64,000 nt of DNA from an uncultured Verrucomicrobia subdivision 3 bacterium (GTDB taxonomy: Bacteria > Verrucomicrobiota > Verrucomicrobiia > Limisphaerales > UBA11358): the NCBI GenBank assembly GCA_903842235.1, contig CAIMLG010000105.1, forward strand, positions 1,621-65,620, given 5' to 3'. The position numbers were made by a program, and so were the translations under genes. The notes beneath the pieces are model-generated. The model was not told where the DNA came from and did no database searches. It was given only the letters and a program-made list of their open reading frames with translations. Each line of letters starts with the position of its first letter. Within the stretch, counting starts at the first letter, position 1. Below are positions 37,683 through 49,201 of the stretch, in pieces.

Positions 37683-38547
37683 CTATTTGACGAGTGATTC
37701 ACCATGCGCTTTCATGGCCGACCAATTTGGGGAAATCCGCAACATGGTGCGACATCTACGAGGAATTTTCGGCACAATCGCAAACCATGCCTTCGCCGCG
37801 TCCGGCCGCACCAGCTCGCGATAATGTTTGAAAATCATTTGCGGCGAGTTACCAGCTTCCAGCGAAACTTTGGCGGCATCGTGCGTCTCGGCCACGCGAT
37901 AGGAAATAAACGAATGCGCAGCCCATTGTGTTTCCACGCGAACGGCACCCAACCCTCTTCCGCCGCCGTGTCCGCGCCCGCCGGCAAGACCGTGCCCCGC
38001 GCCCGCCGCCCCGTCTGCTTTTTGTTCTCCGCCAAACGCCGCTTGGTGGCCCGCGCGTCGGCTTCCTTCAGCGCCTCCTCGCCGCCGCCCAGGCCGCACG
38101 CCGCGCTTGGTTCACCTTGCGTGTCATGCCCCTGAATTGATCCACCATGTTCGCGAACGAGCAGACCGGCCCGGCCTCTTTCCAGTGCGGTTTCAGCCAC
38201 GCCGCCAGATTCGGCAGGATCGGAATCACCCGCCGGCTCGCCGTCTTGGCCGCGTCCGCCCGGATTTCGATGATGCTCGCCGCTTGGTCCACGTTCGCCC
38301 AATCCAGCCGCTGAATTTCCGCGTGCCGCACACCGGCGAAAGCGCTGATGGCCATGAAGGGCAGTTGTTCGTCCGAGGCCGCCGCCAGCAGCTCCGCCAT
38401 TTCATTCGGCGTGAAAATCTCAATCTCGCCGCCCCTGTCCCTCGCCAGCGGGATTACCCGCGCAAGCGTCAAGTCAATGAGCCCGCATGAAAAGCAATTT
38501 CCTATCAGTTGTTCTTCCCGGCGTCGGGAAGGTAAGTCCCGCGTAGG
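37683..38547 (-). pseudogene. Tyrosine recombinase/integrase, N-terminally truncated and frameshifted
   Basis: The catalytic-domain motifs are spread over three frames. These are AGVRHAEIQRLDWANVD and KTASRRVIPILPNL (frame of 38068..38472), WKHNGLR (frame of 37835..38302), and HSFISY...GNSPQMIFKHYRE (frame of 37683..38099). The N-terminal core-binding domain is absent. Confidence 0.7.
38454..38510. repeat. Direct repeat DR-R (57 bp)
   Basis: Second copy of the 34102-34157 sequence, with one extra A. It lies inside the integrase reading frame. Confidence 0.95.
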
Positions 38548-38789
38548 TCAGCACCACCACCGCCAAGGTAACCTGGCATAAGCCGAGGATGGTTTTTCCT
38601 TCGTATTGACGCTTTCGATGGGTTCACGGGGGTTGGTATAAATGGGTTTCCGGCCGGAGATGATCCGAAGCAAAACCATCACGATGGCAATAACGAGGAG
38701 GACGTGAATGAAGCCACCCATCGTGGTGCCGGTCACCAGACCGAGCAGCCACAGCACGAGCAGGATCAGGGCAATTGTGTATATAACAT
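38548..38789 (-). pseudogene. lmo0937-family (DUF5670-like) small membrane protein, frameshifted at codon 5
   Basis: ATG TTA TAT ACA [CA] ATT GCC CTG... Removing the CA gives MLYTIALILLVLWLLGLVTGTTMGGFIHVLLVIAIVMVLLRIISGRKPI, which matches the family pattern as I recall it. As written, the ATG frame stops after 7 codons. Confidence 0.5.
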
Positions 38790-38889
38790 AAAATTTCTTT
38801 TGCCCGGTTCGCTGGCGAAGCCGCTGCGGGCGGCAATGAGAATTCCGGATCGCTTGACGATTTGATTTGACGGAGTTTCTGACCGCGGC

Positions 38890-40368
38890 TCAAAGGCCCA
38901 GAACCCGGGAGGTCTTACGAAAGTGGTGACCAAAGATGGAGAGCGTGACGGCCAGCGGGAACAGCGTGGGACGGTGGAAGGAGGTCCAGACCAGCAAGCG
39001 CCAGTATTGGAACCGTTCGCGGCCAAAAATGCCGAGGCAGACATTGGCGCGCAGGAACGCCAGAAAATTCCGCCAAGTCATCGGGCTGGAAATCTGCGGA
39101 CGGCGGTATTCGCGCAGGAAGGTGCGGATGCGGCGGTAATACGGCCCCGGCGAATACAAACCTCCCATCAGGTTTTTGTAACCTTCACGCAGCGTCTCGC
39201 GATTCATCTGCGGAATGAAATTAGTTGTCCCATCCAGGTTATTGCCAGAGGTCTGGCCAGCCAGGCGGCCCTGAAGCTTCAGCCGCTGATGCAGCTTGGT
39301 GCCGGGGATAGCTTGCAGCAGGCCGACCATCGCGGTGACGATGCCACTTTGCTGGATAAACTCAAGTTGCTGGGCAAAAATCGCGGGCGTGTCGCTGTCG
39401 AACCCGACGATGAACCCGCCCTGCACCTCCAACCCCGCACGCTGGATGCGCTTCACGTCGGCCACCAGATTGCGCCGCTGGTTCTGGCGCTTGTTGCACT
39501 CAACCAGACCCGCCGCCGCCGGCGTCTCAATACCGACAAACACCTGATTAAACCCCGCCGCGACCATCAGCTGCATCAGCTCCTCATCATCGGCGAGATT
39601 AATGGAGGCTTCGGTAAAAAACGGGGTGCCGCGCCGGCCACGCTGCCAGTGAATGAGCGCCGGCAGCAAGTCTGCCTTGAGCACGCGTTGATTGCCGATA
39701 AAATTATCGTCCACGAAAAAGACCGCTCCGCGCCAGCCTGCCCGGTGGAGGCTGTCCAGTTCGGCGACGATTTGCCCGGTGGATTTGGTGCGCGGCCGGT
39801 GCCCGAACATCGCGGTGATGTTGCAAAACTCACAATCGAACGGGCAGCCGCGCGAATATTGCACGCTCATCGAGGAATAATGTTTCAGGTCCGCCAACTC
39901 CCACAGCGGGGCGGGCGTCTGGCCGAGGTCGGGGAAGACCGACGAGGCATACAGGCGGCGCGCCGCGCCCCGGGCAAAATCCCGCAGAAATTCCGGCAGC
40001 GTCACCTCGGCTTCGTTCAGCACAAAGTGGTCCACCTCGGGAAACTGTTCGTGCCCCAAAGTGAATAGCGGGCCACCCGCCACGATCAGCTTCCCCGCCG
40101 CGCGGCACCGGGCGATCAACTCGCGCGCCGAGGGCTGCTGAGCAATCATTCCGCTGATAAGAACGAGATCCGCCCAGGCCAAGTCCGGGGCGCGCAGCGG
40201 CCGCACGTTGACATCCACGAGGCGCTTTGGCCATTCCGGGGGCAGCAGGGCGGCCACGGTCAGCAGTCCCAGCGGCGGCAGCGAGGCTTTTTTGCCGATA
40301 AATTTCAGCGCGTGCTTGAAACTCCAGAATGTGTCCGGAAACTCAGGGTATAGTAGCAGAACCTTCAT
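38890..40368 (-). CDS. B12-binding domain-containing radical SAM protein (DUF4070-type C-terminus)
   Basis: N-terminal B12-binding-like MKVLLLYPEFPDTFWSFKHAL...PPLGLLTVAALLP. The radical SAM cluster motif is YSRGCPFDCEFCNI. Confidence 0.9.
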   Translation of the reverse strand: MKVLLLYPEFPDTFWSFKHALKFIGKKASLPPLGLLTVAALLPPEWPKRLVDVNVRPLRAPDLAWADLVLISGMIAQQPSARELIARCRAAGKLIVAGGPLFTLGHEQFPEVDHFVLNEAEVTLPEFLRDFARGAARRLYASSVFPDLGQTPAPLWELADLKHYSSMSVQYSRGCPFDCEFCNITAMFGHRPRTKSTGQIVAELDSLHRAGWRGAVFFVDDNFIGNQRVLKADLLPALIHWQRGRRGTPFFTEASINLADDEELMQLMVAAGFNQVFVGIETPAAAGLVECNKRQNQRRNLVADVKRIQRAGLEVQGGFIVGFDSDTPAIFAQQLEFIQQSGIVTAMVGLLQAIPGTKLHQRLKLQGRLAGQTSGNNLDGTTNFIPQMNRETLREGYKNLMGGLYSPGPYYRRIRTFLREYRRPQISSPMTWRNFLAFLRANVCLGIFGRERFQYWRLLVWTSFHRPTLFPLAVTLSIFGHHFRKTSRVLGL

Positions 40369-40521
40369 CCAGCAACCAATCTCCGCCCAAACCGCGCGGA
40401 TGCAATGGGGTATTCACCCCATATACAGATCAAGGTTGCCGCGCGATGCTTCCGGGGTAACGAGCGGCCCGGTTAAAACGTTCCGGCTTAATGGAGCATT
40501 CCCCCGCATCGGCAGGCACCC

Positions 40522-41256
40522 ATGAAACAACAAATCATCGAACTCTCGCAACGCTATGGGACGGCCCTGCAACAATATCTGAAACCGGGGCGGCTGGCGA
40601 GCCGGCTACTGGCGTTGCAACTGGGACGCCAAGCGGTCAACTTGGGGCTGCCGACGCTGGAACTGGCCCGGATGCACGAGCAGGCGCTCGCCACGCTGGC
40701 CCTGCCAAAAAACAAGCCGCGGCTGATCCAGCGGGCGGATTATTTTTTCAACGAGGCTCTGAACCCGATCATGGAATCGCATCGCGCGGCGGGCCCGGAC
40801 CCAAGGCAACTCACCCGGCTGAACGCCACGCTGACCCAGCGCACGGCGGAACCAGCCAGCCCCCACCGGCAGTTGAAACGCGGAAGCCTCCGACGCAAGG
40901 TCATGGCGGCGGCCCGAATAAGCGGCGAGGACCACAACCAATGCCTGGAAGAATCGCTTCAACTGCAGACGCATTTGCGCCAGTTGACGCACCGGGTGAT
41001 GGCGGCGCAGGAAGATGAGCGCGCCAAAATTGGGCATGAACTTCAGGATGAAATCGCCCAGACGCTGCTGGGCATCAATGTCCGCCTGTGCTCCTTGAAG
41101 CAGGAGGCCTGGGGCAACGTCCAGGGGCTTAAGAATGAAATCGCGAGCACGCAGCGGTTGGCGGCAAGGTCGGCGAAATCCGTCCGGCAATTCGCGCACC
41201 AGCTCGCCCAAACCTGCAACGGAAGTTCTCACGACGATATCAGGCCGCGCGGCTGA
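40522..41256 (+). CDS. RsbU_N-like plus HisKA_3 phosphoacceptor domain protein lacking an ATPase domain
   Basis: The H-box AAQEDERAKIGHELQDEIAQTLLGI is HisKA_3 type. The ORF ends ~70 aa later with no HATPase_c motifs (N, G1, G2). Confidence 0.75.
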   Translation: MKQQIIELSQRYGTALQQYLKPGRLASRLLALQLGRQAVNLGLPTLELARMHEQALATLALPKNKPRLIQRADYFFNEALNPIMESHRAAGPDPRQLTRLNATLTQRTAEPASPHRQLKRGSLRRKVMAAARISGEDHNQCLEESLQLQTHLRQLTHRVMAAQEDERAKIGHELQDEIAQTLLGINVRLCSLKQEAWGNVQGLKNEIASTQRLAARSAKSVRQFAHQLAQTCNGSSHDDIRPRG

Positions 41257-41927
41257 ACTTGCTCCGGCAATTTTCGCAGGCTTGGCGGCAACCGGCGAAC
41301 GAGCCCCTCACCCGCACGCCATCAGCGCGGGCATCATCGAAAGCAGAGGGCCGTTAACCATCGTCTAAAAGATGACGCAAACGACGCTCAATCCAAATTT
41401 GGAATATTAAATAAAAAATGGGCCGGATCGCCCCGGGGCCGGCACCACATGAATGAAAACCGATTCGCTTTTTGAATGACTCTGGCCGGCATCGTCTGCC
41501 GGGGAGTCGGTTTCTGGTGGATGCACCGATTCTCCACCACACAGAACATCCTTCTGGACCCGCTTCAAGAACAGGGTAAACGCATTAAAAATTCATCCCA
41601 CATTAAACACGATCGCATCCAGGAAGTGCATCCTCAAGCTAACGAGATCATGGAAGGAATAGAGGAAATGATCGCGGTGGTGAGTGAAAGCAATCTTCCG
41701 CCGGGAGAGAGAAAACGGGCGTTGGCCGGGTAAATCAGGCGGGTTGGATTTGAGGCGCTTTAATTCCATGATTCACGGGTATGGGGTGAACACCCCATGT
41801 CCGCCACGCGGCTTCCGTGGTTAACTGAATTAATGAGAATCAAAATCCCAATCCATTGGCAGACAGCTAAAATTGGGGAAACCGTTAGGATCCGGCCAAA
41901 GTCGCGCACGCCAGCCGCGCCTCATGG

Positions 41928-44003
41928 TTGGAATCTGCCGGCCGACAAGTTCATCGCCCCCAGTCTGGAAAGGCGGACGCTTTGAATCTCCAACCACAGA
42001 ATTTCCGCCGGTCGGCGCTGGTCCTGCTAACCTTGAGCCTCATGCTATCCGCCTTTGGGCAAGAAGCGGAAGTGGTTCTCCCCCAATCCGTCCCCGATCC
42101 CCTCGAACCGTTCAACCGTGTGATGTGGGGCTTCAATAAAGGCCTGATGACCGGCGTGGTTAAGCCGACCAGCCGGGTGTATCGGTTTGTGGTCGCGAAA
42201 CCGGTTCGCACCAGCATTGGAAATTTTGGCCGGAACCTTACCTACCCGGGACGCCTGATCAACAATTTGCTCCAGGGAAAATGGCATGGAGCGCGCGATG
42301 AATCCTACCGGTTTGTCTGCAACACCACCGTTGGCGTCGTCGGCCTGTTCGACGTGGGCACCCGCTGGCACATCCCAAAATCAGAAGCGGATTTCGGCCA
42401 AACGTTCGGCCAATGGGGCTGGCAGCCGCAATGTTTCATCATGCTGCCGGTTTTCGGGCCGAGCAACGAGCGGGACACCGTCGGCCTGGCCGCCGACACC
42501 GCGGCGAATCCCCTGCTCTACATTGCGCCCTACGATTTCGTAGCGAATGACCCGCTGACCTGGCTGGGTCCGTATTCCTATTTCTCCTACGCGGTCATGT
42601 ATAACGACATGTCTGACACCGTGGACGAATATGTGCGGTTCAGCCAAGCCGAAGCGGATCCGTATTCCGAGGTCCAGTATGCTTGGACATTTGCACGGGC
42701 AAACCAAGTGGCAGATTTTCAGGTAAAAGGCGAACCGGACGAAGTCTCGCTGGAAACCATTGAATCTGTCTTCTTCACCTTCAAGAATCCTGAATTCCCC
42801 AACCACGGGAAGACGCGGTCGGTGCGGATTCCAGCAACGGGCAAAGACTTGAAATTCACCTTTTGGCTGCAACCGGGATCGGCAAACGTGGTTTACATCG
42901 TTCCCGGCCTGGGCGGTCATCGGCTGGCCCACAACACTCTGGCACTGGCCGAACTGGTCTATAAAAACGGCTTTTCCGCCGTGGTGGTCAGCAGCCCGTT
43001 CAACGCGGAGTTCATGGAACACGCCTCGACCACCGCGCTCCCAGCGTATCTGCCGGTGGATGGCCATGACCTGCACGTGGCGCTCACCGAGATTGACCGC
43101 CGCCTACAGGCGCTGTATCCCGACCGGCTGGGCCACAAGGCTTTGATGGGCTATTCCATGGGGGCCCTCGAAACGCTGTTCATCGCGGCCACCGGGGCAA
43201 CCAACCAGTATTCGGTGGTGACGCCGGGCCGGGAGCTGCGGTTTTTCCTGGGTAAACAAGGCCTGAAAATAGTGCAAATTGCCCCAGTCACGAACCCGGT
43301 GCCGCTGATTCAGTTTGACCGCTATGTCGCCCTCAACACGCCAGTCCGAACGCGTCACGGAATGTCCATGTTAGACGAGTTTTACAATGCGCCCCTGGAC
43401 TGGCCGGCGGCGGAACGGGCGGACGACCTGGAAAACACTTTTCTCAAGGTGGCCGCGTTGAGCCGGAGCACGCTCACCCCGCAAACCACACTGCCCTTCA
43501 GCGCCATCGAATCCAAATTCCTCATCGGCCTGACCTTCCGGCTCATCCTGCGGGATGTCATTTACAGCAGTCAGCGGGAAAACAACCAGGGCGTCCTGCA
43601 ACATCCGATCCACAATTTCCGGCGCGAACCGGTGTATCAGGAAATCATGAACTATTCCTACCAGAACTATTTTGAACAGTTTGCGGTGCCCTATTATCAA
43701 GCCAAAGGCCTGGCGGGGCCCGTGGCGACGACGCTGGAAAACGCCGGGGATCTGCGGACATATGACACTGGCTTGCGCGCCAATCCCGACATTCGGGTCA
43801 TCGTCAATCAAAACGATTTTCTGCTGGAGGATGAAGACCTGACCTGGCTTCACGCAACGTTTGCCACGAATCAATTGAAGGTCTTCGACAAGGGCGGGCA
43901 CTTGGGAAACCTGGTAAATCCGGCAGTGCAAAAATCGATTCTGGCCGCGCTCACACCGATGCGTCCGCCCGATCCAAAACCGGAGGCGTCGCCGAAGAAT
44001 TAA
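41928..44003 (+). CDS. MlaA/VacJ-family lipoprotein domain fused to a C-terminal alpha/beta-hydrolase domain
   Basis: MlaA motifs: DPLEPFNRVMWGFNKGL, NFGRNLTYPGRLINNLLQGKW and RFVCNTTVGVVGLFDV. The C-terminal half has a nucleophile elbow GYSMGA plus candidate Asp (NQNDF) and His (KGGHLGN). The start may be TTG 41982, which gives a signal peptide. Confidence 0.85.
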   Translation: MESAGRQVHRPQSGKADALNLQPQNFRRSALVLLTLSLMLSAFGQEAEVVLPQSVPDPLEPFNRVMWGFNKGLMTGVVKPTSRVYRFVVAKPVRTSIGNFGRNLTYPGRLINNLLQGKWHGARDESYRFVCNTTVGVVGLFDVGTRWHIPKSEADFGQTFGQWGWQPQCFIMLPVFGPSNERDTVGLAADTAANPLLYIAPYDFVANDPLTWLGPYSYFSYAVMYNDMSDTVDEYVRFSQAEADPYSEVQYAWTFARANQVADFQVKGEPDEVSLETIESVFFTFKNPEFPNHGKTRSVRIPATGKDLKFTFWLQPGSANVVYIVPGLGGHRLAHNTLALAELVYKNGFSAVVVSSPFNAEFMEHASTTALPAYLPVDGHDLHVALTEIDRRLQALYPDRLGHKALMGYSMGALETLFIAATGATNQYSVVTPGRELRFFLGKQGLKIVQIAPVTNPVPLIQFDRYVALNTPVRTRHGMSMLDEFYNAPLDWPAAERADDLENTFLKVAALSRSTLTPQTTLPFSAIESKFLIGLTFRLILRDVIYSSQRENNQGVLQHPIHNFRREPVYQEIMNYSYQNYFEQFAVPYYQAKGLAGPVATTLENAGDLRTYDTGLRANPDIRVIVNQNDFLLEDEDLTWLHATFATNQLKVFDKGGHLGNLVNPAVQKSILAALTPMRPPDPKPEASPKN

Positions 44004-44088
44004 TGCCCGTGAATTTTGAAACTTCCGCCCGGGTAGCCCAGTTTCTTCAGTTTACATCCTGCCGCGGCAACGGTTAGCTTGGCCACCG

Positions 44089-45348
44089 ATGACCGCCACC
44101 ATTCAGCGCAAGCCACTCTCGCCCACTTGGGTTCTGGTCATCCTCACCGGCCTCAACCTATTCAACTATCTCGACCGCTATGTGCTGTCGGCGGTGTTGA
44201 CACCGCTGCAAAAAGATCTTGGCCTCAACGATGGTCAGGCCGGGCGGCTCGTAACGGCGTTCATGATCGGCTATTTCGTCACGTCGCCGGTCTTCGGGTG
44301 GCTCGGCGACCGCTGGTCGCGTAAATGGCTTATTGCCGCCGGAATTTTGGTGTGGAGCATCGGCACCGTCCTGACCGGGTTTGCCGCGACGTTTGCGATG
44401 ATAATCGGATTTCGCGTGCTTGTCGGCGTGGGCGAAGCAAGCTATGCCACCATCAGTCCGAGTCTGATTTCTGACAGCTACGCTCCCGCGAAACGCAACA
44501 ACGCGCTGACCATTTTCTACGTCGCCATTCCCGTTGGCGCGGCGCTGGGCACAATCATCTGCGGAGTCATCGCCGCGAAATGGGGCTGGCGGCACGCGTT
44601 CATCTGGGCGGGCGCGCCGGGCTTGGTCCTCGCGCTCGTAATGCTACCCTTTGCCGAACTCAAACGCGGCCAGGCCGAGGGCAAAACGACTGAATCGGCA
44701 AAGAAACCTTCCGTCCGCGACATCGCGCAGCTTTTTCGCATCCCGGATTATGTGCTCGTGGTGCTGGGCTACACCGCCTATACGTTCGCGCTGGGGGCGT
44801 TCGGGCATTGGGGGCCGACGTTTCTGCATCGCACGCATGGCGTGGCCGTGGAACAGGCGGCCACTTTTTTCGGCGCGGTGCTGGTGGGGGCGGGACTCGT
44901 GGGCACGTTGATCGGCGGATTTGCCGCGACCGCATGGCAGAAACGCAATCGCGCCGGCTACGCGTGGACTTTGGGACTCTCCGTGCTGGTGGCCGTGCCG
45001 CTGGCGTTTGGCGCGTTCCTCGCCGTTTCGACGTTTTGGTCCATGGCGTGCCTGGGGGCCGCAATGTTCTTTCTATTTCTGCCCACGGGCCCGGTCAACA
45101 CGCTCATTCTGGAAACTGCACCGGCAAATCTCCGAGCCAGCGCCATGGCCATTTCCATTTTTACGATCCACCTTTTCGGCGACATGTGGTCGCCGGAAAT
45201 TGTCGGCCGGCTCGCGGATTCATTTGGCGGAAATCTGCAGAAGGCCGTGCTGATTTTGCCGGGCGCGTTGATCCTGGCCAGCGCGCTTTGGCTGGTGCTC
45301 GCGTTGAAAACGAAGCGAAGCAACGAAACCAAGCCGGCTTCGGGGTGA
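44089..45348 (+). CDS. MFS transporter, Spinster-like
   Basis: LNLFNYLDRYVLSAVLTPLQKDLGLNDGQAGRL...FGWLGDRWSRKW, with ~12 hydrophobic segments. Confidence 0.9.
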   Translation: MTATIQRKPLSPTWVLVILTGLNLFNYLDRYVLSAVLTPLQKDLGLNDGQAGRLVTAFMIGYFVTSPVFGWLGDRWSRKWLIAAGILVWSIGTVLTGFAATFAMIIGFRVLVGVGEASYATISPSLISDSYAPAKRNNALTIFYVAIPVGAALGTIICGVIAAKWGWRHAFIWAGAPGLVLALVMLPFAELKRGQAEGKTTESAKKPSVRDIAQLFRIPDYVLVVLGYTAYTFALGAFGHWGPTFLHRTHGVAVEQAATFFGAVLVGAGLVGTLIGGFAATAWQKRNRAGYAWTLGLSVLVAVPLAFGAFLAVSTFWSMACLGAAMFFLFLPTGPVNTLILETAPANLRASAMAISIFTIHLFGDMWSPEIVGRLADSFGGNLQKAVLILPGALILASALWLVLALKTKRSNETKPASG

Positions 45349-45515
45349 TGGTCCGTTTGTGGATTGCGCGGACAGAAAATCCATTCCTTTAACCACGAAA
45401 CACACTAGACACACGAAATAAAAAAGCCTGCCTCATAGAGCCATTCCATAATTTAGCCAGCGAATCCGATTCAAGAAAAGCGCTCTTGGGGGTGGTGGCC
45501 ACCGTTCTAAAGGGC

Positions 45516-45538
45516 GGGGCGAGCGTCCCCGCGAGCCG
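45516..45538. repeat. Interspersed GC-rich repeat (copy 2)
   Basis: Identical to 997-1019. An imperfect inverted copy, GGACGCTCACCCC, lies at 45569-45581. Confidence 0.7.
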
Positions 45539-45674
45539 CTTTAACCTCCGCCGCAAGCCGGTTCGCAAGGACGCTCACCCCACCATGGCCAGTCACGCCA
45601 GCCATGGGGGGGGGCGCGCATTCGCCGACGAGGACCGGGCTGAGCTACGGATCGGGACGGCGCTCCGACTTTAA

Positions 45675-45710
45675 GCAAAAAACAAGCCGGTGAGGGTCAT
45701 CGCCGGCTTG
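45675..45710 (-). terminator. Rho-independent terminator of nrdJ
   Basis: On the minus strand: CAAGCCGG, a 12-nt loop, CCGGCTTG, then TTTTTT. It lies 15 nt after the nrdJ stop. Confidence 0.75.
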
Positions 45711-45725
45711 CGAGGGGCGGTTATT

Positions 45726-48812
<3,087 letters not shown>

Positions 48813-48899
48813 GGTGTGGTTCAGGTTTTTTCGGATGATCCCCCCTGAGCGGCCTTCTGAGCTATAATACGCTTAAGGGTTCAAAAAACAGCCAATTTC

Positions 48900-48921
48900 C
48901 CTAGAAATCCGACCTTCTAGG
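48900..48921. promoter_or_regulatory. Perfect 7-bp inverted repeat CCTAGAA-N8-TTCTAGG in the nrdJ / DUF4202 divergent region
   Basis: Read directly from the sequence. It lies ~90 nt upstream of the nrdJ start. No known consensus can be assigned. Confidence 0.3.
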
Positions 48922-49201
48922 AAAACTGAAGTCCCCCTACTAATTGGGGAACGGCAGCCATCATGCTACCACCGGTTGTGGCTTTCAAGATAATTTTGAA
49001 AAAATGTTACGCAAACGATAATTCCAAGGAAATCAACGGATTTTGCCCGGTCAGCCGGCAAAAACACGCTGCCATCCCGGCCCCGACGCCGCATATCCCC
49101 CGGTTCCAGAACGAGTCAGATTCCGACCTAATCGCATCACCCCCCCCCGCCTGAATTCACCTTCGAAATGAACCCGCTGTTGAGGAACCGCTTGCATTTC
49201 C

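Noticed and set aside
41476-41733. 85-aa + ORF in the AT-richer gap before the MlaA fusion
   Set aside because: I recognise no motif, no signal peptide and no obvious ribosome-binding site. It could be a small protein, but the evidence is insufficient.
48863-48868. TATAAT hexamer in the nrdJ/DUF4202 divergent region
   Set aside because: It is on the + strand, ~335 nt from the DUF4202 start, with no convincing -35 partner. Promoter consensus for this lineage is uncertain, so I make no call.
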